From the NCBI GenBank assembly GCA_016715625.1, contig JADJZU010000001.1, forward strand, positions 74,872 through 138,871: a stretch of DNA of 64,000 bases, given 5' to 3'. This DNA is from Bacteroidota bacterium. Lineage in GTDB: Bacteria > Bacteroidota > Bacteroidia > Chitinophagales > LD1. Position 1 is the stretch's first letter. The number at the start of each line of letters is the position of its first letter. Of this stretch, positions 48,412 through 58,555 are shown in pieces. The position numbers and the translations under genes were made by a program. The notes under the pieces are model-generated. The model did no database searches, was not told the origin of the DNA, and saw only the letters and a list, made by a program, of their open reading frames with translations.

Positions 48412-49191
48412 ATGAAGAAATTTATCCTATCCATTATAGTAAGCTGGGTATCTATTACCGCCTTTTCGCAAAGAGGTTTTCACTTGGGAGCATCGGGCGC
48501 GTTTAATTTCAACATGATTTTTCCGCAACATAATTACCGTACGCTAGCCCCTTTTGCCGAACCTTTTGTTCGCAGTTCCGAAATGGATTATAAAGCAACC
48601 TGGGGCGGAAATGGTGGCATTTGTCTGGGATATGGTTTTCACAAAAACTGGAGTTTACAGTTAGAAGCACAATACAATTCCACCGGTCAAAAATATGAAG
48701 ACAATTTTGTGGGGCCAGCTGTCATACCGCAAGGCACTTTTGGCGCAGGAGGCGATAGGGTAAATGTAAAGCGGAATGTAAGGCTGTCGTATGTTCAAAT
48801 TCCCATCATGGCTAAGTTTGTTAGCACAAAGGGGTATGTAGCCAAAGCATTTGTAACCTTCGGTCCGCAATTCGGAATCAGAACTACTGCTAAAGAAGAG
48901 GTTTTCATTGCTGAAAACTTCTATGCTGATACCGTCTTTAGCGCCAAAGAAAAGTTTAACAGTTTCGATATGGGTTTTGCCATTCAAGGCGGGGTAGAAC
49001 TCTACGCGAATGACAATCTATACTTTGATATCGGCTTATCTGTTTATCAGGGTTTTCTGGATATCAATACAAAAAAAGTGCGCTATTGGTATAGCCAAAA
49101 CGATTCGGATTATACGCCTAGCTACAATTTCAGAGTCGGCCTATTGGCCGGAGTGCACTACATTATTGGAGATGGTCGATCCGATTATTAA
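48412..49191 (+). CDS. outer-membrane beta-barrel protein (OMP_b-brl_2/PorT-like)
   Basis: Signal peptide ending FSQ, an alternating hydrophobic beta-strand pattern and an aromatic C-terminal region. Confidence 0.6.
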   Translation: MKKFILSIIVSWVSITAFSQRGFHLGASGAFNFNMIFPQHNYRTLAPFAEPFVRSSEMDYKATWGGNGGICLGYGFHKNWSLQLEAQYNSTGQKYEDNFVGPAVIPQGTFGAGGDRVNVKRNVRLSYVQIPIMAKFVSTKGYVAKAFVTFGPQFGIRTTAKEEVFIAENFYADTVFSAKEKFNSFDMGFAIQGGVELYANDNLYFDIGLSVYQGFLDINTKKVRYWYSQNDSDYTPSYNFRVGLLAGVHYIIGDGRSDY

Positions 49192-49256
49192 TTTTTCAAT
49201 TCATAAAATATCCGATTGGACAATTTCGTCCATCCTCAACAATCAAAAAAACAAAC

Positions 49257-50054
49257 ATGAGAACAAACCATGAAATTGACTACCGTATTTTTGGCGAAGA
49301 AATGCAGTGTGTAGAAATTGAGCTTGACCCGCAAGAGACCGTAGTAGCGGAAGCCGGTGCATTTATGTATAAGGACCAGCCGGTGCAAATGCAAACAATT
49401 TTTGGCGATGGCAGCAAGCAAAACCAGGGCATATTCGGCTCAATTTTAAATGCCGGTAAAAGGCTTCTGACAGGAGAAAGCCTGTTCATGACAGCATTTA
49501 CACATGGCGGTAGTGGTAAAGCGCGCGTAGCATTTGCATCTCCCTATCCGGGCAAAATTATACCTATGGACTTAATGCACATGGGCGGAAAAATAGTTTG
49601 CCAGAAAGATGCTTTTCTGTGTGCAGCAAAAGGTGTAAGCGTAGGTATTGAATGGCAGAAAAAGCTTGGCACAGGCTTATTCGGTGGCGAGGGTTTTATC
49701 ATGCAAAAGTTAGAGGGCGATGGTTTGGCATTTGTGCATGCCGGTGGTCACATCATTGAAAGAACATTACAGCCGGGCGAAGTACTGCATATTGACACGG
49801 GATGTGTGGTGGCTTATACCAAAGATGTAGATTTCGATATCCAGATGGTTGGTGGCGTTCGCAACACATTATTTGGAGGCGAAGGCTTCTTTTTTGCTGT
49901 GTTACGTGGTCCCGGCAAAGTGTGGCTGCAAACTTTGCCTATTTCGCGCTTAGCCTCTAGAATCATTCAATATGCACCACAAACAGGAGGGCGAAAAGAA
50001 GAAGGCAGTTTGCTAGGTGGGCTTGGCAATTTGATAGATGGCGATGGCTATTAA
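49257..50054 (+). CDS. TIGR00266/AIM24-family protein
   Basis: The N-terminus HEIDYRIFGEEMQCVEIELDPQETVVAEAGAFMY and the GEGF repeats are typical of the family. Confidence 0.75.
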   Translation: MRTNHEIDYRIFGEEMQCVEIELDPQETVVAEAGAFMYKDQPVQMQTIFGDGSKQNQGIFGSILNAGKRLLTGESLFMTAFTHGGSGKARVAFASPYPGKIIPMDLMHMGGKIVCQKDAFLCAAKGVSVGIEWQKKLGTGLFGGEGFIMQKLEGDGLAFVHAGGHIIERTLQPGEVLHIDTGCVVAYTKDVDFDIQMVGGVRNTLFGGEGFFFAVLRGPGKVWLQTLPISRLASRIIQYAPQTGGRKEEGSLLGGLGNLIDGDGY

Positions 50055-50122
50055 CCACCTATCGTTTCAATAAATAAAAAAGCTCGAAAAGTTTCTTTCG
50101 CGCTTTTTTATTTTCGCTCCAC

Positions 50123-51949
50123 ATGTGTGGTATAGCCGGTTTTATTGATTCTCAACTGTCTGCAGATGTCATGCACACCATGACATTTGATATGCTGAAA
50201 CAGATTGTTCACCGGGGCCCGGAAGATTCTAGTGTTTATATTGATGGACCCGTTGCGCTGGGTCACAATCGGCTGAAGATTATTGACCTCAGCGATGAAG
50301 CTAATCAGCCATTCGAATACCAGGATGTAGTAGTGGCCTTTAACGGAGAGATTTACAACTACATAGAAGTTCGGCAAATTCTCTTACAAAAAGGCTACAG
50401 TTTCAGAACACAGGGCGATACGGAGGTTCTTTGTGCAGCGTATAAATACTGGGGAGAAAGTTGTGTTGAACAATTCATGGGCATGTGGGCATTTGCCTTA
50501 TGGGATAAAACTCAGAAAAAACTCTTTTGTAGTCGCGACCGGTTTGGCATTAAGCCTTTCTACTATTACACGCGAGGTCAACACCTCTATTTTGGTTCAG
50601 AATATAAAGCGCTAAAAACATTACCACATTTCTGTGCGGATATTAATCGTGAGCAAATAAATCGCGGATTGCAAATAGCCTGGACCGGATTTCAACAGGA
50701 AACATTTTATGCAACACTAAAATCGCTGGAACCTTCCTATAATCTGGTGTGGCAAAATGGAACTATTCAACAATATAAATACTGGGACATTGATTTTTCG
50801 AAGCAGACACCTGCACTATCATTTGAAGAAAAGAAAGAAAAATTTTACACACTGTTTAGTGATTCTGTAAGGCTACATGCACGCAGCGATGTGCCCAACG
50901 GCACCTGCCTGAGCGGTGGTTTAGATTCATCCGCTATTTCAGGCATGTATAGTAAACTACTACCCGAAAGCAAACTAAAATCCTTTACGGTCTACTTTGA
51001 AGATGGAGTTGACGAGCGTCCGTTTGTAAGAGATGTAGTGAATAAATACCCCAACCTGGTGCCGTATTATTATACGCCCACCGGACAAGAAATCAGCGAT
51101 CATTTTCACCACATGGCATATCATGCGGATACCCCTGTTCTGGGCTCTTCTTACATTTCGCACTATTTCCTCATGAAGTTGGCCAAAAGCGAAGGTGTAA
51201 CCGTGGTGATAGATGGACAGGGAAGTGATGAAATGCTTGGTGGGTATCTACATTCGTTCTACCGCATTATTGGTCAACACATTTCATCTTTTCAATGGTT
51301 GAAAGCGAATAATTTGCTTCATGCATTAAGCGAACGTGAAAACTTTTCGGCAAAACGCAGAAGAGATTTTCTACTTAGAAGTGTGGTAAGTGCGTTCAGC
51401 AACGAAAAAAGAATGTATAATCTGGAGCTGTCGCAACTCAATAAATATCTGATGGCACCAGCATCCGATTTGGACTTGGAAACAAAAACAAGTGACAAGT
51501 TCAATAACTTTCTTTATCACCTTCTCTTTAACACTACATTGCAGCCACTGCTCCATTACGAGGATCGAAACTCCATGGCTTTTTCGCTGGAGAGTCGTGT
51601 TCCATTCCTCAACCATCATTTGGCTGAGTTTGCATTCACCCTCCATAGTGAAGATAAAATCAATTCGCGCGCTGAAACAAAATATATTCTGCGCGAAAGC
51701 CTGAAAGATGTACTGCCGCAAAGAGTCTACGAAAGAAAGGATAAGAAGGGCTTCGTAACACCCGGTGAGGTAAAGTGGCTCAATGGTCCGCTTACCTTTT
51801 TACTCGATATAGATTACTCCCGATTCGATTGGATGAAAAAAGAAGAACTGATAAAACTGGTCAATAACTATCGCTCCGGAGACATATCGAAAGCCGGATT
51901 GGTATGGAGAATCGCTTGCACGCATTATTGGTTAAAAAACTTTGCTTAG
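50123..51949 (+). CDS. asnB: asparagine synthase (glutamine-hydrolysing)
   Basis: N-terminal MCGIAGF (Ntn Cys2) and PP-loop LSGGLDSS. 608 aa. Confidence 0.88.
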   Translation: MCGIAGFIDSQLSADVMHTMTFDMLKQIVHRGPEDSSVYIDGPVALGHNRLKIIDLSDEANQPFEYQDVVVAFNGEIYNYIEVRQILLQKGYSFRTQGDTEVLCAAYKYWGESCVEQFMGMWAFALWDKTQKKLFCSRDRFGIKPFYYYTRGQHLYFGSEYKALKTLPHFCADINREQINRGLQIAWTGFQQETFYATLKSLEPSYNLVWQNGTIQQYKYWDIDFSKQTPALSFEEKKEKFYTLFSDSVRLHARSDVPNGTCLSGGLDSSAISGMYSKLLPESKLKSFTVYFEDGVDERPFVRDVVNKYPNLVPYYYTPTGQEISDHFHHMAYHADTPVLGSSYISHYFLMKLAKSEGVTVVIDGQGSDEMLGGYLHSFYRIIGQHISSFQWLKANNLLHALSERENFSAKRRRDFLLRSVVSAFSNEKRMYNLELSQLNKYLMAPASDLDLETKTSDKFNNFLYHLLFNTTLQPLLHYEDRNSMAFSLESRVPFLNHHLAEFAFTLHSEDKINSRAETKYILRESLKDVLPQRVYERKDKKGFVTPGEVKWLNGPLTFLLDIDYSRFDWMKKEELIKLVNNYRSGDISKAGLVWRIACTHYWLKNFA

Positions 51950-51955
51950 CGATTT

Positions 51956-52474
51956 ATGACAGTAATCTTCACCTCTCTATTAATTGTTGCGGCCAAGGCA
52001 ATTGCTGTTTATTTATTCATCCTACTGGCAATTCGACTTTTTGGAAAAAAAGAATTGGCACAACTCTCTGTAGTTGATCTCGTTTTTATTTTACTCATTA
52101 GTAACAGTGTTCAAAATGCAATGGTGGGCGAAGATACCACGCTTGCCGGAGGCATGGCGGCAGCTACCGGGCTCTTCGTAATCAATTATCTCTTCAAACT
52201 TTTGCTTCGCAAGTTTCCCTCGCTCGCTAAAATCATACAGGGGAAAGAGGTGATGCTCATTTACAAAGGGAAAGTGCTGGAAAGAAATTTAGAATCTGTT
52301 GGATTTACCTTACAAGAACTACAGGAATCTGTGCGAGAACATGGAGTGAAAGATATTGAGGAAGTAGACCTAGCCATCTTAGAAGTTGATGGTAACATCA
52401 GTGTATTATCGGATAACTATACAAACAGAAGCACAAAAAAACTCAGGAGAGTTCAATCTTCAGTACGGTCTTAG
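51956..52474 (+). CDS. DUF421 (YetF-like) membrane protein
   Basis: N-terminal TM helices, LSVVDLVFILLISNSVQNAM and a C-terminal soluble domain typical of DUF421. Confidence 0.65.
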   Translation: MTVIFTSLLIVAAKAIAVYLFILLAIRLFGKKELAQLSVVDLVFILLISNSVQNAMVGEDTTLAGGMAAATGLFVINYLFKLLLRKFPSLAKIIQGKEVMLIYKGKVLERNLESVGFTLQELQESVREHGVKDIEEVDLAILEVDGNISVLSDNYTNRSTKKLRRVQSSVRS

Positions 52475-53819
52475 TTTTATCCGTTACACGAAAGCGCTCA
52501 TCTAACCTGTGGCCACATACCCATATTATTTTGCCATCGAATTCCATTACCAATGCATTTTCTTTTTCATGTAATGGAATCTTCTCATCGGTAAAAAACT
52601 TTTTTAGTTTCTTCTTTTTTAATTTCATACCGAATGGGTAAAAATAATCGCCTGCTCTCCACGGTCTAATTACGACCGGAAAATTTACCAGCGCAGCATC
52701 TACAAATGCAAACTGCTTTGCTGACTTCACTTTTACATCTTGTGCACTGGAAAGGGTAAATGAAAATGAATAATTACCTACCTGAATTAACTCCACACCC
52801 TTTTCTACCACTGTTAAAGAAGGCTGCACTCCCGATACAGGGGTCAGTATAAAAAACTTCCTATCGCGAATAATTCGGTGTGTAGCAGAACAAAACTGAA
52901 TGCCGGGTTGTGAGTCAATTACTGATAGTAAATCATCCACCTGCGAGGCATTAAAACCAAATTCATTGAGTCGCTCATATAATATAGAAGCTACATGATT
53001 TATGCTCTTTAACTTTCGTATTGGAATAAACAGTTCTCCTTGCTTTTCAATAAATAAATTACGTTGGATTATCTGCTGTTTACGCACATACAAATCCGCC
53101 AGTTCTGAAAAAATCTGAATGCTGGATGATAAAGTATTTTCCAGGGAGGGATTAATTTCCTTGAGAACAGGAATCACATGATGGCGAATTTTATTTCGCG
53201 CATACTTGTCAGTAGCATTAGAACTGTCCTCTCTGTGCACGATACCATTTTGTTGAGCATAATCTTCAAGCTCACTTCTGGAAGCGAACAATAATGGCCT
53301 AATAACATGGCCATTTCGCTCTGGAATACCCCTGAGTCCTCGCACCCCAGTACCTCGCGTAAGATTCAACAAAACAGTTTCAATTGAATCGTTTAAGTGA
53401 TGGGCGGTAGCAATATTTATCAACGGCATTTCCGATGATCGTGCCGTATTTAATATCTGTTCAAACCATTCGTAGCGAAGTTTTCGGGCAGCTACTTGAA
53501 GCGATACTGAATTTTCATTCTTGTATTTGTCTGTATTAAACTTTACACTAAAAAATGCTGCTCCGAATTGATTCGCCAAACTTTTCACAAACTCCTCATC
53601 AGCATTTGAATCTTCTCCACGCAATTGAAAATTGGCATGTGCTACTGCAAACGGAAAACCTGCTGATTTAAAGAGATTCATCATTACCACAGAGTCTAAT
53701 CCTCCGCTTACTGCAAGCAATGTTCGTTTTTTTGTGGAAGCCAACCTATGCACAGCATTGTATTCCACAAAACGTTGCAGTAATGTGCCGGATGGTTTTC
53801 GTCTCATAACAGTTCTCAA
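52443..53819 (-). CDS. tilS: tRNA(Ile)-lysidine synthetase
   Basis: PP-loop LLAVSGGLDSVVM, TilS-like length and C-terminal domain. Confidence 0.88.
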   Translation of the reverse strand: MRTVMRRKPSGTLLQRFVEYNAVHRLASTKKRTLLAVSGGLDSVVMMNLFKSAGFPFAVAHANFQLRGEDSNADEEFVKSLANQFGAAFFSVKFNTDKYKNENSVSLQVAARKLRYEWFEQILNTARSSEMPLINIATAHHLNDSIETVLLNLTRGTGVRGLRGIPERNGHVIRPLLFASRSELEDYAQQNGIVHREDSSNATDKYARNKIRHHVIPVLKEINPSLENTLSSSIQIFSELADLYVRKQQIIQRNLFIEKQGELFIPIRKLKSINHVASILYERLNEFGFNASQVDDLLSVIDSQPGIQFCSATHRIIRDRKFFILTPVSGVQPSLTVVEKGVELIQVGNYSFSFTLSSAQDVKVKSAKQFAFVDAALVNFPVVIRPWRAGDYFYPFGMKLKKKKLKKFFTDEKIPLHEKENALVMEFDGKIIWVCGHRLDERFRVTDKTKTVLKIELS

Positions 53820-53842
53820 AAATAATTTTGTGCTATTTAAAT

Positions 53843-53870
53843 AAAAAAAGCCCTCCCGTATCGGGAGGGC
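53843..53870 (-). terminator. rho-independent terminator
   Basis: Stem GCCCTCCCG (53850-53858) pairs with CGGGAGGGC (53862-53870). On the minus strand it is followed by T7. Confidence 0.8.
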
Positions 53871-53893
53871 TTTTTCGTATGTGAAGCAATAGC

Positions 53894-55831
53894 TTATTGA
53901 ATAGTCAAACGCTTAATTGCAGTATTAGTTCCGCTCTGGATTTTTACCAGGTATGCGCCACTTGGAAGGTCGCTGTAATCAAAGCTACGGCTGAATGTAG
54001 AAGATACTTCCTGAGTAGAGAATGATTTCAGTTCGGAACCGATAATGTTATACAACTTAACAGATACGTTGTTTTCAACTGCATTTACAGTAATGTTTAC
54101 ATTACCGGTAGTTGGGTTTGGAACCATGCTGATAGCATTGCTGAAAGTGATATCGTTTACACTGTTTAAGCAAGCAGCGTTTGTAGCTGGTAAAACAGTA
54201 ATGGTTTTGGTAGGTGATGTGAATTTGCAACCAGCACTATCTTGCTCCAGTTTTACGCTGTAAGAACCAGCAGCTGCATAAGTATTCACACCATCTTCAG
54301 AGAATCCGGTGTTATTATCACCAAATGTCCAAAGGTAGCTCCATCCGTTAGTTCTGGCAGAAGTATTGTTGAAAGTTTGCGCTGCACCTTGACAAACCGG
54401 GCTTGGTGGCAGGTTAAAGTTAACGTTGTTAGTCAAACCACCTGGATATTGCACAGCTAATGAAGCCGATGCTGAACAACCAGAGTTGTTGGTAACAGTT
54501 ACGCTGTAGTTGCCAGGCTGATTGATAGATTGAGTAGCTGTGTTAGCTCCGGATGCACCAGTGCTCCAGGTATAGTTTTTACCAGTTGTAGTTCCGCTGA
54601 TTTGAGTAGCAATAGTTGTGTTAGAACCACAGTTAATAGTCAATGGATTAGGGTTAGTAATGCTGATATTGATACCTCTTGAAGAAACCAAAACAGAAGC
54701 TGTAGTTGTAGCATTGTTAGCATCAGTTACAGTTACAGTTACAGTAGCGTTAGAGTTACCAATGATAAGACCAACTTCAGCATCTGTAGTGCTGGTCAGT
54801 GTACCTTGTGTAGTATTCCAGCTGTAAGTGTAAGGGAGAGCAGAAGAACCAAATGCGTTGGCATTCAAAGTCAAAGTGGCTCCAGGGCAACCACGAAGTG
54901 AATCTGCAGTAATTGCTACACCGTAGTCAACACTTGCTGTGATGTAAGCTGGGAACACCAAGTTTTGGATTGGGAAGTTTTCGCATCCGCCAACTGTGAA
55001 AGAACCGCTCTGATCGCAGTCGTAGAAAACAGCGTTAGGACCTAGAGGACCAGAATATCCAGAGAAGTTATTTGTTCCGCTGGTCAGGTTCAGGTAATAT
55101 CCTGTATTAAGACCTGCATAAGAGAATTCAGCCTGACAAGCATCAGAGCACTCATCTCTGTAACCGGCAAGCACTTGGAAAGTGTGTGTGGTATCACCGG
55201 TAAAGTCTACTCTCAAACCAAAAGATTGACCTTGTGGTAGAGTAATATTTGGGTAGAAGGTAAGAATAGTGAACTGAGTAGTGTTCAAAGGAATTGTTGT
55301 GGTAGTGATGATTGTAGTATCCCACAATGAAGGCGTGTTAAGCACTTCAGCAGCACCGGTACCGGTAAGTGTAGCAGCAGCGGTGTTAAACACAGTAAAC
55401 TTCAGTGTATCTGGAGTTCCGGTATTGTTTACGTGGATAAAGAAAGCATCGAAGCTATCAACCGTTACAGTTGTTTTAGCTTTAGGAAAGAAAGTAATAT
55501 CTCCATTCACATCAGCATACATCAAAGAGTCGAAGAAAACAGCAGCATAGTCCATTGCGAACTCTGTATTAGGCCATCTTTTATTCAAATCCCAAATAAA
55601 GCGGGCATAAGTGAAACCGGCATCTGTTGCGTACAGTTCATCGATACCATCGTAATCAAGAAGAACATCGTAGCTGGCTGCACGGTCGGTAGCAGTGTGC
55701 GGACGCTTAGACACCTCAGAGGCTACAGTAGTTTTGAATTTTACAGATGGATCAACCGCTCTGTAGTTTTGCTGTGCGTTCATTGTCAACGCCATAGCAA
55801 ACAGACAAAAAAGCGTAAATAACTTTTTCAT
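53894..55831 (-). CDS. secreted Ig/PKD-repeat protein with T9SS type A sorting domain
   Basis: Signal peptide MKKLFTLFCLFAMALTMNAQ. PKD-like WTFGDNNTGFSEDGVNTYAAAGSYSVKL. C-terminus MVPNPTTGNVNITV...RLTIQ. Confidence 0.75.
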   Translation of the reverse strand: MKKLFTLFCLFAMALTMNAQQNYRAVDPSVKFKTTVASEVSKRPHTATDRAASYDVLLDYDGIDELYATDAGFTYARFIWDLNKRWPNTEFAMDYAAVFFDSLMYADVNGDITFFPKAKTTVTVDSFDAFFIHVNNTGTPDTLKFTVFNTAAATLTGTGAAEVLNTPSLWDTTIITTTTIPLNTTQFTILTFYPNITLPQGQSFGLRVDFTGDTTHTFQVLAGYRDECSDACQAEFSYAGLNTGYYLNLTSGTNNFSGYSGPLGPNAVFYDCDQSGSFTVGGCENFPIQNLVFPAYITASVDYGVAITADSLRGCPGATLTLNANAFGSSALPYTYSWNTTQGTLTSTTDAEVGLIIGNSNATVTVTVTDANNATTTASVLVSSRGINISITNPNPLTINCGSNTTIATQISGTTTGKNYTWSTGASGANTATQSINQPGNYSVTVTNNSGCSASASLAVQYPGGLTNNVNFNLPPSPVCQGAAQTFNNTSARTNGWSYLWTFGDNNTGFSEDGVNTYAAAGSYSVKLEQDSAGCKFTSPTKTITVLPATNAACLNSVNDITFSNAISMVPNPTTGNVNITVNAVENNVSVKLYNIIGSELKSFSTQEVSSTFSRSFDYSDLPSGAYLVKIQSGTNTAIKRLTIQ

Positions 55832-55970
55832 GTTTTGAGTTTTGTTTTTAAATTTTTAATGATGTGAAGATAATGTTTCCAATAAATTGGGTGGCAAATC
55901 AAACCAAAAAATAGTGTTCTGCAAATGATTTTTACAATTCCATGACAAATGAACTCAGGGGATGTTAAAA

Positions 55971-56546
55971 TCATGCTTTATCCGCCTTGTAGTAGCAGTT
56001 TCGGCATCGTGGTTCATAGCTCTCCAACTCCCCCAAAAGAATTCTTCCTTTCTCAGAGGATGTGCGGTAGCTGAAGTGTGCAATATCGCCACATTTTACG
56101 CAGATGGCATGGACCTTCGTAATGTAATCCGCCACGGCTAACAAATGAGGAATGGGGCCAAACGGTTTACCCTCAAAATCCATATCTAAACCGGCTACAA
56201 TAACACGCACACCTTTTTGAGCCAGCGCTTCGCAAACGCGTGGCAATTCTGAATCTAAAAACTGAGCCTCATCAATACCGGCCACTTCCACTCCTTCACT
56301 GAGCAGTAATATGTTTTCAGAATGAGTTACAGGTGTGGAGCGTATCGAATTAGAATCATGAGACACCACATCGGTGTCGTGGTACCGGGTATCAATCTGA
56401 GGCTTAAATATCTCCACTCGCTTATTGGCTATCTGCGCACGCTTCAGCCTTCTAATCAACTCTTCGGTTTTGCCGGAGAACATACTACCGCACACGACCT
56501 CAATCCATCCTTTTGTTTCTTTTCCCGAAACCGGCTCAATGAACAT
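55971..56546 (-). CDS. tdk: thymidine kinase
   Basis: P-loop [14 protein letters not shown] and C-terminal zinc ribbon CVKCG...CRNC. Confidence 0.92.
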   Translation of the reverse strand: MFIEPVSGKETKGWIEVVCGSMFSGKTEELIRRLKRAQIANKRVEIFKPQIDTRYHDTDVVSHDSNSIRSTPVTHSENILLLSEGVEVAGIDEAQFLDSELPRVCEALAQKGVRVIVAGLDMDFEGKPFGPIPHLLAVADYITKVHAICVKCGDIAHFSYRTSSEKGRILLGELESYEPRCRNCYYKADKA

Positions 56547-56645
56547 ACGCTGCGAAGGTTATTGTCGTTATTAAAAGATAGGTGTTTACAAATTGCACAA
56601 ACACCGCCTCCAGTGTTGTTATGTTTGTGAAGCAAATAAAATCTT

Positions 56646-57275
56646 ATGAATTCAAAAGTATTGGAATTAGCAGAGAAAATAAATTTCATGACTCGCATGC
56701 CATCTTTCCCCAGCCTGTCTACTTTGGAGCATGATTTACTGCTACAGCATCTCCGTAATTTGTATGACGAGTTAGAATCATTAAGAAAATCACCAACCCC
56801 AAAAGCATTGGATTCGTTTCCAGCCAGGCAGGAAATACAGCAAGTATCTGAACCGGTGTTCATCCATACTCAATCACAAAAAGAAGAAGCCTTGGAATCA
56901 ACCTCAGAGCCTATTGTTATAAGTAAGCCTGATAAAACAGAGATCAAGGGTAGCTTAAATGAAAGCACTACGTCAGAATCCGGGCTCAACGAAAAGTTAA
57001 AGGCAACAACCAGTGAACTGCACCAGTTAATAGGCGCTAAATCGCTTAAGCAACTGATAGACTTCAATAAAAGATTTGCGATAGTAAACGAGTTGTTTCA
57101 AGGTGATAACGCAGCTTTTTCCGCAGCCATCCAGCGAATTGACGAGATGCCTGATTTCAGCACCGCAAATGATTATGTACGCAATCAACTGATGTCTGAA
57201 TTCAAATGGGATGCACAATCGCAATCCTGTAAACTATTCATGAAACTACTGAGGCAAAAATTCGGAGAACAGTAA
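56646..57275 (+). CDS. hypothetical protein
   Basis: 209-aa ORF with no recognisable motif. Convergent with rplC. Confidence 0.45.
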   Translation: MNSKVLELAEKINFMTRMPSFPSLSTLEHDLLLQHLRNLYDELESLRKSPTPKALDSFPARQEIQQVSEPVFIHTQSQKEEALESTSEPIVISKPDKTEIKGSLNESTTSESGLNEKLKATTSELHQLIGAKSLKQLIDFNKRFAIVNELFQGDNAAFSAAIQRIDEMPDFSTANDYVRNQLMSEFKWDAQSQSCKLFMKLLRQKFGEQ

Positions 57276-57276
57276 C

Positions 57277-57306
57277 AAAAAAAATCCCCCTGATACATCA
57301 GAGGGA
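57277..57306. terminator. bidirectional terminator between the hypothetical gene and rplC
   Basis: Stem TCCCCCTG (57285-57292) pairs with CAGAGGGA (57299-57306) with one mismatch. On the minus strand it is followed by T8. Confidence 0.7.
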
Positions 57307-57346
57307 CTTTCACTTTCCTTTATCGGGATTTCTGTTTTACCAGAAC

Positions 57347-57961
57347 CTACCCTTCGATTAACACGTAAGAACCAATAGCACCCGGAACAGATCCTTTTAT
57401 CAAAAGAATGTTCTTGTCGGCTAATACTTTCACAATAGCCAGATTAAGCGTTTCAACTCTTGTTCCACCTAATCTCCCGGCCATTCTTACTCCTTTAAAT
57501 ACGTGAGATGGATCAGATGATGCACCGATAGAACCCGGAGCTCTCTGACGATCGTGCTGCCCGTGCGTTCCCATACCTACTCCGGAAAATCCATGACGTT
57601 TTACAACACCTTGAAAGCCTTTTCCTTTGCTGGTTCCAATTACGTTTACCACATCTCCCTCTGTGAATACATCAGCGGTAACCAGTTCACCCACTTGCTT
57701 TCCAAAATCATAGTCGCGAAACTCAACCACCTTTCTTTTAGGCGTTGAACTTGCTTTCTTAAAATGCCCTTGAAGAGCCTTAGGGGTTTGTTTTTCTTTT
57801 TTATCGTCAAAAGCTAACTGGGTAGCATAGTAGCCATCGTTCTCCAGTGTTTTGATTTGGCTGATAACACAAGGGCCAGCTTCAATAACAGTAACTGCTA
57901 CGTGCTTTCCGTTGTCAAAAATACTGGTCATACCAGCTTTCTTTCCGATTATACCTTTCAT
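57347..57961 (-). CDS. rplC: 50S ribosomal protein L3
   Basis: [15 protein letters not shown] and [10 protein letters not shown] signatures. Confidence 0.95.
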   Translation of the reverse strand: MKGIIGKKAGMTSIFDNGKHVAVTVIEAGPCVISQIKTLENDGYYATQLAFDDKKEKQTPKALQGHFKKASSTPKRKVVEFRDYDFGKQVGELVTADVFTEGDVVNVIGTSKGKGFQGVVKRHGFSGVGMGTHGQHDRQRAPGSIGASSDPSHVFKGVRMAGRLGGTRVETLNLAIVKVLADKNILLIKGSVPGAIGSYVLIEG

Positions 57962-58008
57962 TTTGTTTGTTTTTAGAGGAGCCTACCCAGGCTCATAAAT
58001 GATTAAAA

Positions 58009-58212
58009 TTATTTACAGTTTTTACAATTACTCTTATCGACATACACTCGGGCCATCTTGCCGTCTTTTCCTTTCGCTCTGTAGTAACAACCACCTTTGT
58101 CGCCTAAGTACAACTGACGGTCTTTGTATATACCACATTTGGGATCACGATCCGTGCTGGCATTGATTGAAATACCAACCGTTAAACAAAACAAGAGTGC
58201 AATCCATCTCAT
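58009..58212 (-). CDS. small secreted basic Cys-containing protein, hypothetical
   Basis: 67 aa. Signal peptide MRWIALLFCLTVGISINA, then a K/R/G-rich part with 4 Cys (CGIYKDRQLYLGDKGGCYY...CKNCK). The ATG lies 5 nt after the rpsJ stop on the same strand. Confidence 0.5.
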   Translation of the reverse strand: MRWIALLFCLTVGISINASTDRDPKCGIYKDRQLYLGDKGGCYYRAKGKDGKMARVYVDKSNCKNCK

Positions 58213-58217
58213 GACAC

Positions 58218-58523
58218 TTATGCCTTGATTTCCACCTCAACTCCACTTGGAAGTTCCAACTTCATCAATGCATCGATTGTTTTTGAAGTAGAAGAATAAA
58301 TATCCAGCAGACGCTTGTAGGTGCTTAACTGAAATTGCTCTTTACTGTCGTTGTTTACGTGCGGAGAACGGTTAACTGTGTATACTTTTTGACGTGTTGG
58401 CAAAGGCACCGGTCCGCTTACCGCAGCACCTGTATTCTTTACGGTTTTTACAATTTTCTCTGCGCTTTTGTCAACCAGGTTATGGTCGTAGCTCTTTAAC
58501 TTGATTCTGATTCTTTGGCTCAT
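58218..58523 (-). CDS. rpsJ: 30S ribosomal protein S10
   Basis: [11 protein letters not shown]...LPTR signature. 101 aa. Confidence 0.95.
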   Translation of the reverse strand: MSQRIRIKLKSYDHNLVDKSAEKIVKTVKNTGAAVSGPVPLPTRQKVYTVNRSPHVNNDSKEQFQLSTYKRLLDIYSSTSKTIDALMKLELPSGVEVEIKA

Positions 58524-58555
58524 GATAAGAACGTTTATGGTTTAATTAATAAATA

